Source: Defluviitaleaceae bacterium (GTDB lineage: Bacteria > Bacillota > Clostridia > Lachnospirales > WRAX01). From it: a stretch of 44,327 bases of DNA. Positions 28,374-37,811 of this stretch are shown here, in pieces. The stretch covers positions 1 to 44,327 of the forward strand of contig WQVI01000003.1 of assembly GCA_009781625.1 (NCBI GenBank), in the 5' to 3' direction. The stretch's first letter is position 1; every line of letters starts with the position of its first letter. The notes under the pieces were generated by a model. The model saw only the letters and a list, made by a program, of their open reading frames with translations, was not told where the DNA came from and did no database searches. The position numbers were made by a program, and so were the translations under genes.

Positions 28374-28404
28374 AAAAGGGGCGGACTTATGTGGCGCCTC
28401 TTTT
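28374..28404 (+). terminator. Probable intrinsic terminator
   Basis: aaaaggggcg...cgcctctttt. Confidence 0.55.
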
Positions 28405-28412
28405 CTGTTACC

Positions 28413-28441
28413 TTGACAAAACTGAGGAATTAATATACAAT
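28413..28441 (+). promoter_or_regulatory. sigma-A promoter
   Basis: TTGACA-17-TACAAT. Confidence 0.7.
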
Positions 28442-28472
28442 TTTTTTGGTACTTGATGGGGGATGGATTAAA

Positions 28473-29417
28473 ATGGAGATAAAAATTGCACAGCTGGAAA
28501 TACCGCAAAACAAGCGGCTTATCTGCATCAGTGACGTTCACGGCGAGATGGAATTGCTTATTAAGTTACTGGACAGGGTCGAATTTTGTAGTGATGATAT
28601 ATTGGTTTTGCTGGGTGATGTGTATTTGAAAGGCAGCCGATGCCATGCGTGCCTGAAATATGTTATGGAGCTATCCGCGCAGCCCAATGTGCATGTTTTG
28701 CGTGGAAACTGCGATTGGCTGGGCGAGGACTATCTTGACGAGGACGACAAAGCCTGGCTTGAGGCCCTGCCCCATATCATCGAAAGTGAGGATTTCATTT
28801 TTGTACACGCGGGCATAAAGTCCATGAACTTACAGGAGCAAGACCCTTTGTTTTGTATGCGAAACGACGCATTTTTGGAAAATTACGATGGTCCTGCCTT
28901 TGAAAAATGGGTGATGGTGGGTCATTGGCCTAATAGCAACTATTGCCACGAGGTGGGTTGCAACGGCCCCATCATCAATGAGGAAAAGCGCATAATTGCC
29001 ATTGATGGCGGCAATGTGGTGAAAGAGGGTGGGCAGCTAAACGCCTTTATCCTAGAGGATGATGAATTTTGGTGGGATTCTGTGGATAAATTCTACACGG
29101 CCTTTGTGGGCCAAGCTCAAGAGGGCAGTTGCGGCACATTAAACATCACTTGGACAGACCGTTTTATTGAGATTATAGAAGCAGGAGAAGAATTTAGCGT
29201 GGTGCGCCATGTAGCCAGCGGCAAGGCTTTGTATGTGCCAACCAATAAAATTTGGCAGGATAGTGATGGCAACAACTGCATTGGCGCTATGGCCACCGAC
29301 CATTGGCTGAAAGTTTATGAAGGCGATATCATCTCCGTGATTGAGGTATTTTCAGATAGGATGTTTGTGAAACGAGACGGAATAATGGGTTGGGTATGGC
29401 CTGATGATATAATGTAG
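28473..29417 (+). CDS. Metallophosphoesterase with C-terminal SH3-like region
   Basis: SDVHG, LGD, RGNCD, VHAG, GHW, IDGG motifs. Confidence 0.88.
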   Translation: MEIKIAQLEIPQNKRLICISDVHGEMELLIKLLDRVEFCSDDILVLLGDVYLKGSRCHACLKYVMELSAQPNVHVLRGNCDWLGEDYLDEDDKAWLEALPHIIESEDFIFVHAGIKSMNLQEQDPLFCMRNDAFLENYDGPAFEKWVMVGHWPNSNYCHEVGCNGPIINEEKRIIAIDGGNVVKEGGQLNAFILEDDEFWWDSVDKFYTAFVGQAQEGSCGTLNITWTDRFIEIIEAGEEFSVVRHVASGKALYVPTNKIWQDSDGNNCIGAMATDHWLKVYEGDIISVIEVFSDRMFVKRDGIMGWVWPDDIM

Positions 29418-29430
29418 AGGAGGAAATATT

Positions 29431-30105
29431 ATGAAACACAAAATTGTAGGCGACAGCTTTCCTGTGTTGATTTGCGAGCTTAACAGGGGCGAAAAGATGA
29501 TTACACAGCGTGGCGGCATGTCTTGGCGCACAAATGACATTGAAATGGAAACAAGCACAACAGGCGGCATCATGAAGGGCCTAAAACGTACATTGGCGGG
29601 TACTTCCTTTTTCCTAAACCATTATACGGCACGCAGCGATAACCAAGAAATTGCTTTTGGCCTAACTTTCCCCGGTGAAATTATGACATGGGACTGCTCC
29701 GGCGGCAGGGATATCATCGCCCAAAAAAGTGCCTTTATAGCTTGCACATCCGGTGTGGACATTGACATTTTTTTCAACAGAAAGCTGGGTGCCGGCCTAT
29801 TTTTAAGCGAAGGCTTTATCCTGGAGCGTTTTAGCGGCGAAGGCCTGGCCTTTATTGAGATAGACGGCAGGGCCCATGAATACAACCTGGCACCCGGCGA
29901 GAAAATAGTGATAGATTGCGGATATCTGGCGGCCATGGAGCCGACAGTTGCCTTTGACATAGAGGTTGTTAGAGGCCTGAAAAACATTGCCTTTGGCGGC
30001 GAGGGGTTGTTTTTGGGCAACCTTACGGGGCCGGGCAAAGTGTGGCTGCAAACTCTGCCTGTGACGGGCTTATCGCGGGTTATTGGCACCGGGGCGAAGG
30101 CGTAA
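29431..30105 (+). CDS. AIM24/TIGR00266 family protein
   Basis: GGMSW, QKSAFIA, FGGEGLF, GPGKVWLQT. Confidence 0.9.
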   Translation: MKHKIVGDSFPVLICELNRGEKMITQRGGMSWRTNDIEMETSTTGGIMKGLKRTLAGTSFFLNHYTARSDNQEIAFGLTFPGEIMTWDCSGGRDIIAQKSAFIACTSGVDIDIFFNRKLGAGLFLSEGFILERFSGEGLAFIEIDGRAHEYNLAPGEKIVIDCGYLAAMEPTVAFDIEVVRGLKNIAFGGEGLFLGNLTGPGKVWLQTLPVTGLSRVIGTGAKA

Positions 30106-30106
30106 T

Positions 30107-30847
30107 ATGATTTTAAAGCCAATTTCGATTGACATTAGTGACTATCCCGCCAAATTTCACCCAATTTTGTCTGACGCTAAGATTTATGACAGTAGCTGCT
30201 CTCCTGAGGCGAAGGTTATTTTTATCGACGTTGATGGTGGTTATTTTTTGAAGTCCGCCGCTAGAGGCAAGCTTGCGGCCGAAGCTGTGATGACAAGGTA
30301 TTTTCATAGCAAAGGCCTATCCGCGAAAGTATTGGACTATGTTAGTCACGATTGCGACTGGCTTCTTACTGAAAAAATCCATGGCGACGATTGCGTTGCT
30401 GCAAAATATCTGGAGCAGCCCGAACGCCTGTGCGATACCATTGCAGAGTTGCTTGTTAATCTGCACAGCGTAGATTTTGTGGGCTGTCCCGTGCCAAACT
30501 ACAATGAAGTCTATATCTCCATGGCGCGGCGGTATGCGACTTCTGACGCAGACCATAAAATTATTGATATAGCAGAGCGCACTTTTGAGGCCGATACATT
30601 GCTGCATGGCGACTATTGTCTGCCCAATATAGTCCTAAAAGATTGGGCTTTCAGCGGCTTTATAGACCTTGGGCAAGCCGGCGTGGGCGATAGAAATATT
30701 GACATCTTTTGGGCCGCATGGACGCTGCGATACAACCTAAAAACAGACAAATATCGACAGAGATTTTTTGATGCTTATGGCCGGTCAAAAATAGACGAAG
30801 AAAAGCTGAGAATTGTGCATACCATTGAGGGTAAGATTGGATTATAG
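30107..30847 (+). CDS. Aminoglycoside 3'-phosphotransferase-like kinase
   Basis: YFLK, HGDYCLPN, FIDLG, GVGDR motifs. Confidence 0.85.
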   Translation: MILKPISIDISDYPAKFHPILSDAKIYDSSCSPEAKVIFIDVDGGYFLKSAARGKLAAEAVMTRYFHSKGLSAKVLDYVSHDCDWLLTEKIHGDDCVAAKYLEQPERLCDTIAELLVNLHSVDFVGCPVPNYNEVYISMARRYATSDADHKIIDIAERTFEADTLLHGDYCLPNIVLKDWAFSGFIDLGQAGVGDRNIDIFWAAWTLRYNLKTDKYRQRFFDAYGRSKIDEEKLRIVHTIEGKIGL

Positions 30848-30865
30848 CTACTTAGGAGATATTTA

Positions 30866-32962
30866 ATGAAAAAAACGAAATATATGCAAGACCAAAAGAC
30901 AAAATTAACCAGCTTTATCAATTCCAAAGAATATAACGCCATGACACCGGAAGATATGATTTTTCTGCTGGTCGTGCCGCCTGAGGATGCCGATACATTT
31001 CAGCGGATATTGCAAGAGATTATCGAAGAAGGCGGTGCTTTTGTTACGCGCAAAGGCAGGGTTATTACGCCCGCCATGGCGGATTTGGTTTCCGGCACCT
31101 TCGAGCACAAGGCGCAAGGCTTTGGCTTTGTGTTGGGTGAGGGTGAAGATGTTTTTGTGCCAAAGACAGGCGTAAAAAACGCATTGCACGGCGACAAGGT
31201 GCTTTGCCGTATCACAGAAAAGGGCGACCCCAGCTCTGTTGGTGAAATTGTAAAGATTTTGTCGCGGTCGAAGAAATTTGTTGTGGGCACCCTTAATGAT
31301 GGCTATGTTATACCTGATGACAGGCGATTTCCTAAGATTTTTATTGATAATCTGAGGGAAAGCCGCGCAAAGGATGGCCAAAAAGTGGTGGCAGAGACCT
31401 CGCAGAATTTTGGTGAGAAAGAGCATACGGGCAAGATAACAGAAATCCTTGGAAATGCCCATGATATCGGCATGGATGTGCTTTCCATCGTCCTTGGGCA
31501 CGAGATACCCCACGAATTTCCAAATAATGTGCTGAAAGCGGCGGATGGCTTGCCTGAAACTGTGTTAGCGACGGACTTTGCAGGCCGTCGCGATTTTCGT
31601 GGGTTTCCAACTGTCACTATTGACGGCTCTGACACAAAGGACATTGACGACGCCGTGTCCCTGGAAGCCCTTGATGACGGTCTTTTTCGCCTATACGTCC
31701 ATATTGCCGACGTTGGACATTATGTGACAGTAGGCTCTGCCCTATGGAAAGAGGCCCTAAAGCGCGGCACCAGCGTATATCTGGCGGATAGGGTGATACC
31801 TATGCTGCCCCAAAAGCTATCCAATGGCATATGCTCTCTTAACCCGCGTGTGGACAGGCTTGCCCTGTCCTGTGTGATGGACATTAACGCTAACGGCGTG
31901 GTGGTGGCCCATGAAATTTGCGAATCCGTGATACATTCGGACCATGCCGTGACTTACGACGCCCTTGCGGACATGCTGGAAAACCCGGATTCGCCCCACA
32001 AAGCGCAGTATACCGACTTTTTGCAGATGTTTGAAAATATGGCCTCGCTGGCCAAGATTTTGCGCGAACGCCGCCTGCGCCAAGGTGCCATGGAATTTGA
32101 CTTTCCCGAGGCGAAAATTATTGTGGATGCAAAGGGTAGGGTGGTTGACATTGTGAGGCGGCATCGCAGCATGGCCACCTCCATAATTGAGGAATTTATG
32201 GTGGCGGCCAACGAAGCCGTGTCCACAGAATATCACTGGCTAGATATGCCATTTATTTACAGGGTGCACGAAGAGCCCGACCGCGAAAAAATTGAGGCCC
32301 TGATGACCTTTATCGCAAACTTCGGCTATAGTCTAAAGGGCAGTGTGGCTCGCACAAAGTCGCTACAAACCCTGTTGGCACACATAGAAAACACCCCCGA
32401 GGCCCTGCTTATCAGTAAGCAGGTGCTGCGCAGCATGAAGCAGGCACGCTATGCGCCCGTGGCCCTAGGGCATTTTGGCTTGGCAAAGCAATTTTACAGC
32501 CATTTTACCTCGCCCATACGCCGCTTTCCGGACCTTGCCATACACAGCATCATCAAAGCCAATATAGCGGGCAAAACCCAAGCCAAGAAATTTGCGGACT
32601 TTATGGCAAATCTGGAGCAAATTTGCATTTCGTGCTCTGAAAACGAGCGCAGGGCCGACATCGCCCAGCGTGATGTGGAAGACCTCAAAAAGGTGGAATA
32701 TATGCAGGATAAAGTTGGGAAGGCCTACGATGGCATAATTTCCCATGTGACGGCTCGTGGTTTCTATGTAGAGCTGCCCAACACCGTCGAGGGCTTTGTG
32801 ACTGTGGATAGTCTGGGTGATGACTATTACATCTTCCACGAAGAGCATAGCACCCTCATGGGCGAACGCCTCAAAAAAGCCTACAGAATTGGCGATGCAG
32901 CGCGCATTATCGTCGCCAAAGCGGATATGGAGATGCGGCGATTGGATTTTGTGCTGGCTTGA
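30866..32962 (+). CDS. rnr: Ribonuclease R
   Basis: TIDGSDTKDIDDA, RGTSVY, HFTSPIRR, C-terminal S1 domain. Confidence 0.97.
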   Translation: MKKTKYMQDQKTKLTSFINSKEYNAMTPEDMIFLLVVPPEDADTFQRILQEIIEEGGAFVTRKGRVITPAMADLVSGTFEHKAQGFGFVLGEGEDVFVPKTGVKNALHGDKVLCRITEKGDPSSVGEIVKILSRSKKFVVGTLNDGYVIPDDRRFPKIFIDNLRESRAKDGQKVVAETSQNFGEKEHTGKITEILGNAHDIGMDVLSIVLGHEIPHEFPNNVLKAADGLPETVLATDFAGRRDFRGFPTVTIDGSDTKDIDDAVSLEALDDGLFRLYVHIADVGHYVTVGSALWKEALKRGTSVYLADRVIPMLPQKLSNGICSLNPRVDRLALSCVMDINANGVVVAHEICESVIHSDHAVTYDALADMLENPDSPHKAQYTDFLQMFENMASLAKILRERRLRQGAMEFDFPEAKIIVDAKGRVVDIVRRHRSMATSIIEEFMVAANEAVSTEYHWLDMPFIYRVHEEPDREKIEALMTFIANFGYSLKGSVARTKSLQTLLAHIENTPEALLISKQVLRSMKQARYAPVALGHFGLAKQFYSHFTSPIRRFPDLAIHSIIKANIAGKTQAKKFADFMANLEQICISCSENERRADIAQRDVEDLKKVEYMQDKVGKAYDGIISHVTARGFYVELPNTVEGFVTVDSLGDDYYIFHEEHSTLMGERLKKAYRIGDAARIIVAKADMEMRRLDFVLA

Positions 32963-32982
32963 TAATGGGCGACAAGGTGGCT

Positions 32983-34317
32983 TTACACCAGCTTGTTAGC
33001 CCATTTATTTTTGCGCACCCTAGCCCCTGCGATGAAGATTTTTACTAATTCTTCTATATAGACCAAAACCAACACCATGTAAATAGGCCAGCCAAGCACA
33101 TACGCGCCCAAAAAGGCCATTGGTATGCCTATAAGCCAAACCGAGCCGGAGTCAAGCAGCATACAAAACACCGTGTCGCCGCCTTGGCGCAGGATGGATA
33201 TTATGAAGTAGTAATTTATCGTGCGCGGCACCATGAAAATGCTGATGATAGCGAGATTTGTGGATGCAAGGCCTTGGACATACGGGGATACTTCGCTGAA
33301 AGTGCCAACGATGAAAGGCCCCACGATAAACAGCAATATGCTCATGATGCCTGTTACAATGGCCCCTATGGCCACGCATCTTCGTGACGCTGCGATAGCC
33401 TCGTCGCGCTCTCCGGCACCTAAGAGGTTTGCTATGGTGATGCCCGAAGCGGCACCAATGGAAATACCCATTATCATAAAGAAATGCTGGATGTTATCCG
33501 AAATTTGGAAGGCCCCTTGGCCGGTGCTTCCTGTAAATCTGTAGGCTATGTCATACACAAAGATGCCAAAGCCCCAGAAAAACTCATTGCCAATGACGGG
33601 CAGGGTGGTTTTGAAGAAGTTTTTGACATAGGCGAAGTTAAAGTCAAAATGATTACGGAAGCTGGTTAAAATAGGCAGGCGGTGGTATTTTATCAACATA
33701 ACTTGCACTGTTATTTCTGTTACGCGGGCAAAAACCGTACCCCAGGCGGCCCCTACAATGCCCATATCCAGCACGAAAACGAAAATATAGTTGATGGCCA
33801 GCTTTACCACAAGGGAGCATAGGACGGCAAACATAGGTATCTTTGTTTGGCGTATGCTGCGCAAGGCAAATAAGATGGTTGAGGAAATGGCCGTTAGCAA
33901 GTATGCAATTGACGCTATGGCCAGGTATTGCACGCCCTGCTCTATAACAGCAGGGTCGGCGGAAAGGATGGACATAAACCACCGCGGCGCAAAAATGGCG
34001 ATGGATGCAAAAATGATGGCGATAGAGATATTGGCCGTAAAAGCAATGCCCAAAACCCTATGAATGCCGCGTATATCGCCTTTGCCCCAATATTGCCCCA
34101 TAAAAATGGCAGACCCGCTGTTGACGCCGAAAACCAGCATGATAAACAGAAAAAACAGCCGCTTGGATAGGCCAACGCCTGTCACGGCCTCTAAAGACAG
34201 CTGACCCATCATCCACATGTCCATAAAATTTACGCTGTGGGTCATAAGGTCTTGCAAAATTATGGGAAGTGCCAGTATAAAAAGGGTGCGCAGAAATTTT
34301 TTATTTATTTTCTTCAT
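32983..34317 (-). CDS. MATE family efflux transporter
   Basis: LALPIILQ, QYWGKGD, LRQGGDT; start uncertain (34317-34344). Confidence 0.9.
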   Translation of the reverse strand: MKKINKKFLRTLFILALPIILQDLMTHSVNFMDMWMMGQLSLEAVTGVGLSKRLFFLFIMLVFGVNSGSAIFMGQYWGKGDIRGIHRVLGIAFTANISIAIIFASIAIFAPRWFMSILSADPAVIEQGVQYLAIASIAYLLTAISSTILFALRSIRQTKIPMFAVLCSLVVKLAINYIFVFVLDMGIVGAAWGTVFARVTEITVQVMLIKYHRLPILTSFRNHFDFNFAYVKNFFKTTLPVIGNEFFWGFGIFVYDIAYRFTGSTGQGAFQISDNIQHFFMIMGISIGAASGITIANLLGAGERDEAIAASRRCVAIGAIVTGIMSILLFIVGPFIVGTFSEVSPYVQGLASTNLAIISIFMVPRTINYYFIISILRQGGDTVFCMLLDSGSVWLIGIPMAFLGAYVLGWPIYMVLVLVYIEELVKIFIAGARVRKNKWANKLV

Positions 34318-35218
34318 CTTCATCCTCGTCCTTGTCTCTGCCAAATCTATCCATATGTTTCTGCATTTTTTCTATAATGTCTTTTTCAACTTGCTGGAAG
34401 CTAAGGGCATGAAAGCGTTTTATGTCAAAATACCATAAGGCGAAGGCTATGGCGAAGAAGGAAAGGACGAAATGCTGTATCAGGAAGAACGGCAGATGCA
34501 CGAAGACATTGCCCTGCAAACCCAAGAGAAGGCCAAAAACTTCCAGTGAAAAGGATATTAAAAAATAGCAGCCAAAGAGGAAGATGCAGCCGAAAAACAC
34601 CCTAAACCAGCGGCCGCGGACAATAAAGCGGCTAAGTGAGATGGCACTTAAACCCCATCTGCCTACATCTGCCACAATATGCTGGTAAAATACTACACCC
34701 ACGGCTATATAGATGGTTAGGAACATAAGGATGCCGCCTAAAAAGTCAAGGGTAAAAAAGATAAGAAGGTAAATTAGCGTTGCGGCGAGGGCCGAGGTAA
34801 CTATCATCTTTGGGAAAATGGGCATGGATGCAGAAAACATGCCGCCAAAATTAGGCTCTTCGTTATCCAGATGCTTTGCAACCAGATAAACGGCCGCAGC
34901 TGTGGACAACGGAAAAAACACCAGCTCTATCCCTGAAAAAATTATGAAAAATGTCATGGCATCTGTTAGCACGGCTGTTGGCACCACAGGCGTAATTTCG
35001 GGTGCATGTCCATATGCCAAGATATAAACCCAAGCATCTGCAAAGGTGTCCACTATGGCCATAACCGCGGCATAATAATGCTCTGGAATAAAATGGCGAA
35101 AAATGAAGACCGGCACAAAGGCCATAACTGTTATAACTGCAAGATATTTTGCGTTTTTACCATAAACAGAAAAAGCCGAGCCCACTATGGAAAATATATT
35201 TTTTTCAGGAATAAACAC
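34301..35218 (-). CDS. Hypothetical integral membrane protein
   Basis: ~6 TM segments, AISLSRFIVRGRWF motif; AAAGGAG RBS. Confidence 0.75.
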   Translation of the reverse strand: MFIPEKNIFSIVGSAFSVYGKNAKYLAVITVMAFVPVFIFRHFIPEHYYAAVMAIVDTFADAWVYILAYGHAPEITPVVPTAVLTDAMTFFIIFSGIELVFFPLSTAAAVYLVAKHLDNEEPNFGGMFSASMPIFPKMIVTSALAATLIYLLIFFTLDFLGGILMFLTIYIAVGVVFYQHIVADVGRWGLSAISLSRFIVRGRWFRVFFGCIFLFGCYFLISFSLEVFGLLLGLQGNVFVHLPFFLIQHFVLSFFAIAFALWYFDIKRFHALSFQQVEKDIIEKMQKHMDRFGRDKDEDEDEENK

Positions 35219-35306
35219 GATATGCTCCTTTCGGTGGTATTGCCATGGAACTTTCTTGAAGAAACTTACGTTACATTATATAACACCGCGACCCTAATTG
35301 CAAGCA

Positions 35307-35335
35307 TTGACAACTTTGTCGTTTTGTGATATATT
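35307..35335 (+). promoter_or_regulatory. sigma-A promoter for the LCP gene
   Basis: TTGACA-17-TATATT with extended TG. Confidence 0.7.
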
Positions 35336-35354
35336 GATATAGGTGATTTTATAT

Positions 35355-36734
35355 ATGGAAAAAACAGTAAAAAATACTAAAAATAAAAGAAAATTTAATG
35401 ACCACAGCCCGTTTAAAAAATTTCTAATTGTAACGGGCATATCATTTTCTGCGTTTTTTGTCATAGCGGCCACTGCCTTTGTTCTCCTTTTTGTTGTTGA
35501 CAATGCCGCATCGCGTGGGCTATCAATAGCCCTAGGGCTGGAAGCAAGCGGCGGGGAAGGCTCTTTTATGGGAGGCCTTGGCGAGCTTTTAAGCGTAGGC
35601 ACAGCCCTGCCCGAAAGGACAAATGTCCTTCTCATAGGCTCTGACGAGCCAAGCGGACGAGGCTACCTTGGCCGTGCGGATATGCTGATGATAGTTACTA
35701 TCCACGCAGAAACCGGCCAGGTGTCGCTGGTTTCTGTTCCTCGTGATGCCCATGTTACTATGCCGCAATATCGCTTAGATATTTTGCGGGAAAATGGCCG
35801 CAACACTGCACCCTCTTCGGGCTCGATGCGTATAAACGAAATTACGCATCACGCAGGGCCGGAATTTGGTCCGACATTTATGGCCCGGCAAGTGGAAGAG
35901 CTTATGGGCATTGAAATACATTATTATGTGCATATAGATCTTGAAGCTTTCCGCTTTATTATCAACCAAATTGGCGGTATAGATTTTTATGTGCCGCGAC
36001 GCATGTTTTATCACGATCCCTATCAAGATTTGCTAATAGACCTTCAACCCGGCCAGCAGACATTGATGGGCCATGCGGCCGAAGGGTTGGTGCGCTATCG
36101 CAGCAGTTTTGCAAATCAAGATTTGGGACGCGTGCAGGTGCAGCAGGACTTTATGCGTGAAGCCATGCGTCAGATAATGGATATGGAAAATATTTTGGGG
36201 AATCCCATGGCTTATCTTAGCATGTTTTTAAATCATCTGAACACCAACTTCAGCCTTTTGGATGTGCCACCGTATTTAACGCTTTTGCCTAATTTAGATT
36301 TGGCCAATGTAGAAGCCCATACCCTATCGGGCAGAGGAGCCTCTGTTGGGGGACGCTTTGTTTATATCATGGACGAGGAAGCCATAGCAGAGCTTGTAGA
36401 GCAAGTTTTCTACGCGCAGCCGGAAATACCTGACGATGACGAAGATGCCCTTTCTGATGTGGCGGCAACTTCATTTGGCTTAGACATAGAAGTTCTTAAC
36501 GGCACAAATATTACGGGCCTTGCCGCGAGAACAAGTGAAAACCTGACAGAATATGGGTATAATATAGTAAGCATAGGAGACTATTTTGGAAACAGTGAGG
36601 CCGCAACCCGCATATTGGTGCGGCAAGCGGGGCGCGGGCAAGACTTAACAGAATTTTTCCGCAATAGCAGAATAGTGATAGACCCCAACATTGATACTGA
36701 CATTGTAATAATTCTTGGAACAGATACATTTTGA
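35355..36734 (+). CDS. LCP (LytR-CpsA-Psr) family protein with LytR C-terminal domain
   Basis: NVLLIGSD, RAD, SVPRD, DLGRVQVQQ, EVLNGTNITGLA. Confidence 0.93.
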   Translation: MEKTVKNTKNKRKFNDHSPFKKFLIVTGISFSAFFVIAATAFVLLFVVDNAASRGLSIALGLEASGGEGSFMGGLGELLSVGTALPERTNVLLIGSDEPSGRGYLGRADMLMIVTIHAETGQVSLVSVPRDAHVTMPQYRLDILRENGRNTAPSSGSMRINEITHHAGPEFGPTFMARQVEELMGIEIHYYVHIDLEAFRFIINQIGGIDFYVPRRMFYHDPYQDLLIDLQPGQQTLMGHAAEGLVRYRSSFANQDLGRVQVQQDFMREAMRQIMDMENILGNPMAYLSMFLNHLNTNFSLLDVPPYLTLLPNLDLANVEAHTLSGRGASVGGRFVYIMDEEAIAELVEQVFYAQPEIPDDDEDALSDVAATSFGLDIEVLNGTNITGLAARTSENLTEYGYNIVSIGDYFGNSEAATRILVRQAGRGQDLTEFFRNSRIVIDPNIDTDIVIILGTDTF

Positions 36735-36745
36735 TAGTAAGCTTG

Positions 36746-36775
36746 GTAATATCCACAACAAAACCTTCATATTAT
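36746..36775 (+). promoter_or_regulatory. SigE/SigK-like promoter
   Basis: ATA-16-CATATTAT upstream of the coat kinase-like gene. Confidence 0.45.
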
Positions 36776-36839
36776 TGAATATTGGATATGTATCAGTTGC
36801 GATACATAACCCATTTCGTGACCTTCCGGAGGTGTTTTT

Positions 36840-37808
36840 GTGGAAAGTTCCATTCTGTCCGCTGCCATGGGCTTTAACTTAAAATGTACAAAAGCCAAGG
36901 TGTTTAGGGACAAATTTGGCTATGTTTGTGCCACAACGGAAGGTCCCGTGAGGATACAGCGGCCAGACCGCAGAGGTCGCGCGCCCAAGGACAACAACGC
37001 CGTCCATACTTCTAATGCCACAGTTTTGGGAATATTGTTTCAGCACGAAATTAAAGAATGTCTTCATCAAAATGGCTTTACCGTGGACCGCTTCTTAATT
37101 TCCGCCCAAAACACACCATATTTTCGCATTGATGACGACATTTATACTGCCTGCTTTGCTCAAGGTGGGCCTAATGTGAACTTCACTGTGGGTGATGTAT
37201 TTTTGGATGTGATAGCCCAGGTGGCCAAAATGCATCATGTCCTTTTCAGGTCGAGCATTGAGGCATCTCTTCCTAAAAAAGTTAAAACAGGGGATGAAGT
37301 GACAAAATCCCTGGCAAATTTGACATCTTTGAGAAAAAAGCTGCTTAAAGCAGGTAAATTTTCAGAATTTGATATGCTGTTTTTGCGTAGCTATGAGAAG
37401 CTTGCAGCGCATATTGTTTCCATTGAAGACGAAGACACCAAACATATATGCCACAATTTGCTTAAAGAAGAAAATATTTACATATATGACGAAAAAATAA
37501 TCCTCACAAACTTTCACGAGGCCGCATCAAAGCTTCATTTGTACGACCTGGCGTATATAATAAAACGCTATGTGAAAGCGATGCCACAAGATATTATGCC
37601 GTTGCGCAAAATTTTAGAAACATATATTGAAAACTGCCCTGATATTGATTTTGACGAAATGCTTTTCCGTCGCATCCTTCTATATCCTGACAAATTTATC
37701 AAGGTGACGGGCGATTATTACAGCAAAAAACGCTCTTTTGCGCCAAACACTTATCTTTCGCGCATGGAAGAATGTTTGCGCATGAGTGAAACCTTAGAGA
37801 GGCTTTAA
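36840..37808 (+). CDS. CotS/YutH-like spore coat kinase-fold protein
   Basis: AKMHH, ICH, DLAYIIKR and YPDKFIK...YYSKKR segments typical of the family. Confidence 0.65.
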   Translation: MESSILSAAMGFNLKCTKAKVFRDKFGYVCATTEGPVRIQRPDRRGRAPKDNNAVHTSNATVLGILFQHEIKECLHQNGFTVDRFLISAQNTPYFRIDDDIYTACFAQGGPNVNFTVGDVFLDVIAQVAKMHHVLFRSSIEASLPKKVKTGDEVTKSLANLTSLRKKLLKAGKFSEFDMLFLRSYEKLAAHIVSIEDEDTKHICHNLLKEENIYIYDEKIILTNFHEAASKLHLYDLAYIIKRYVKAMPQDIMPLRKILETYIENCPDIDFDEMLFRRILLYPDKFIKVTGDYYSKKRSFAPNTYLSRMEECLRMSETLERL

Positions 37809-37811
37809 ATT

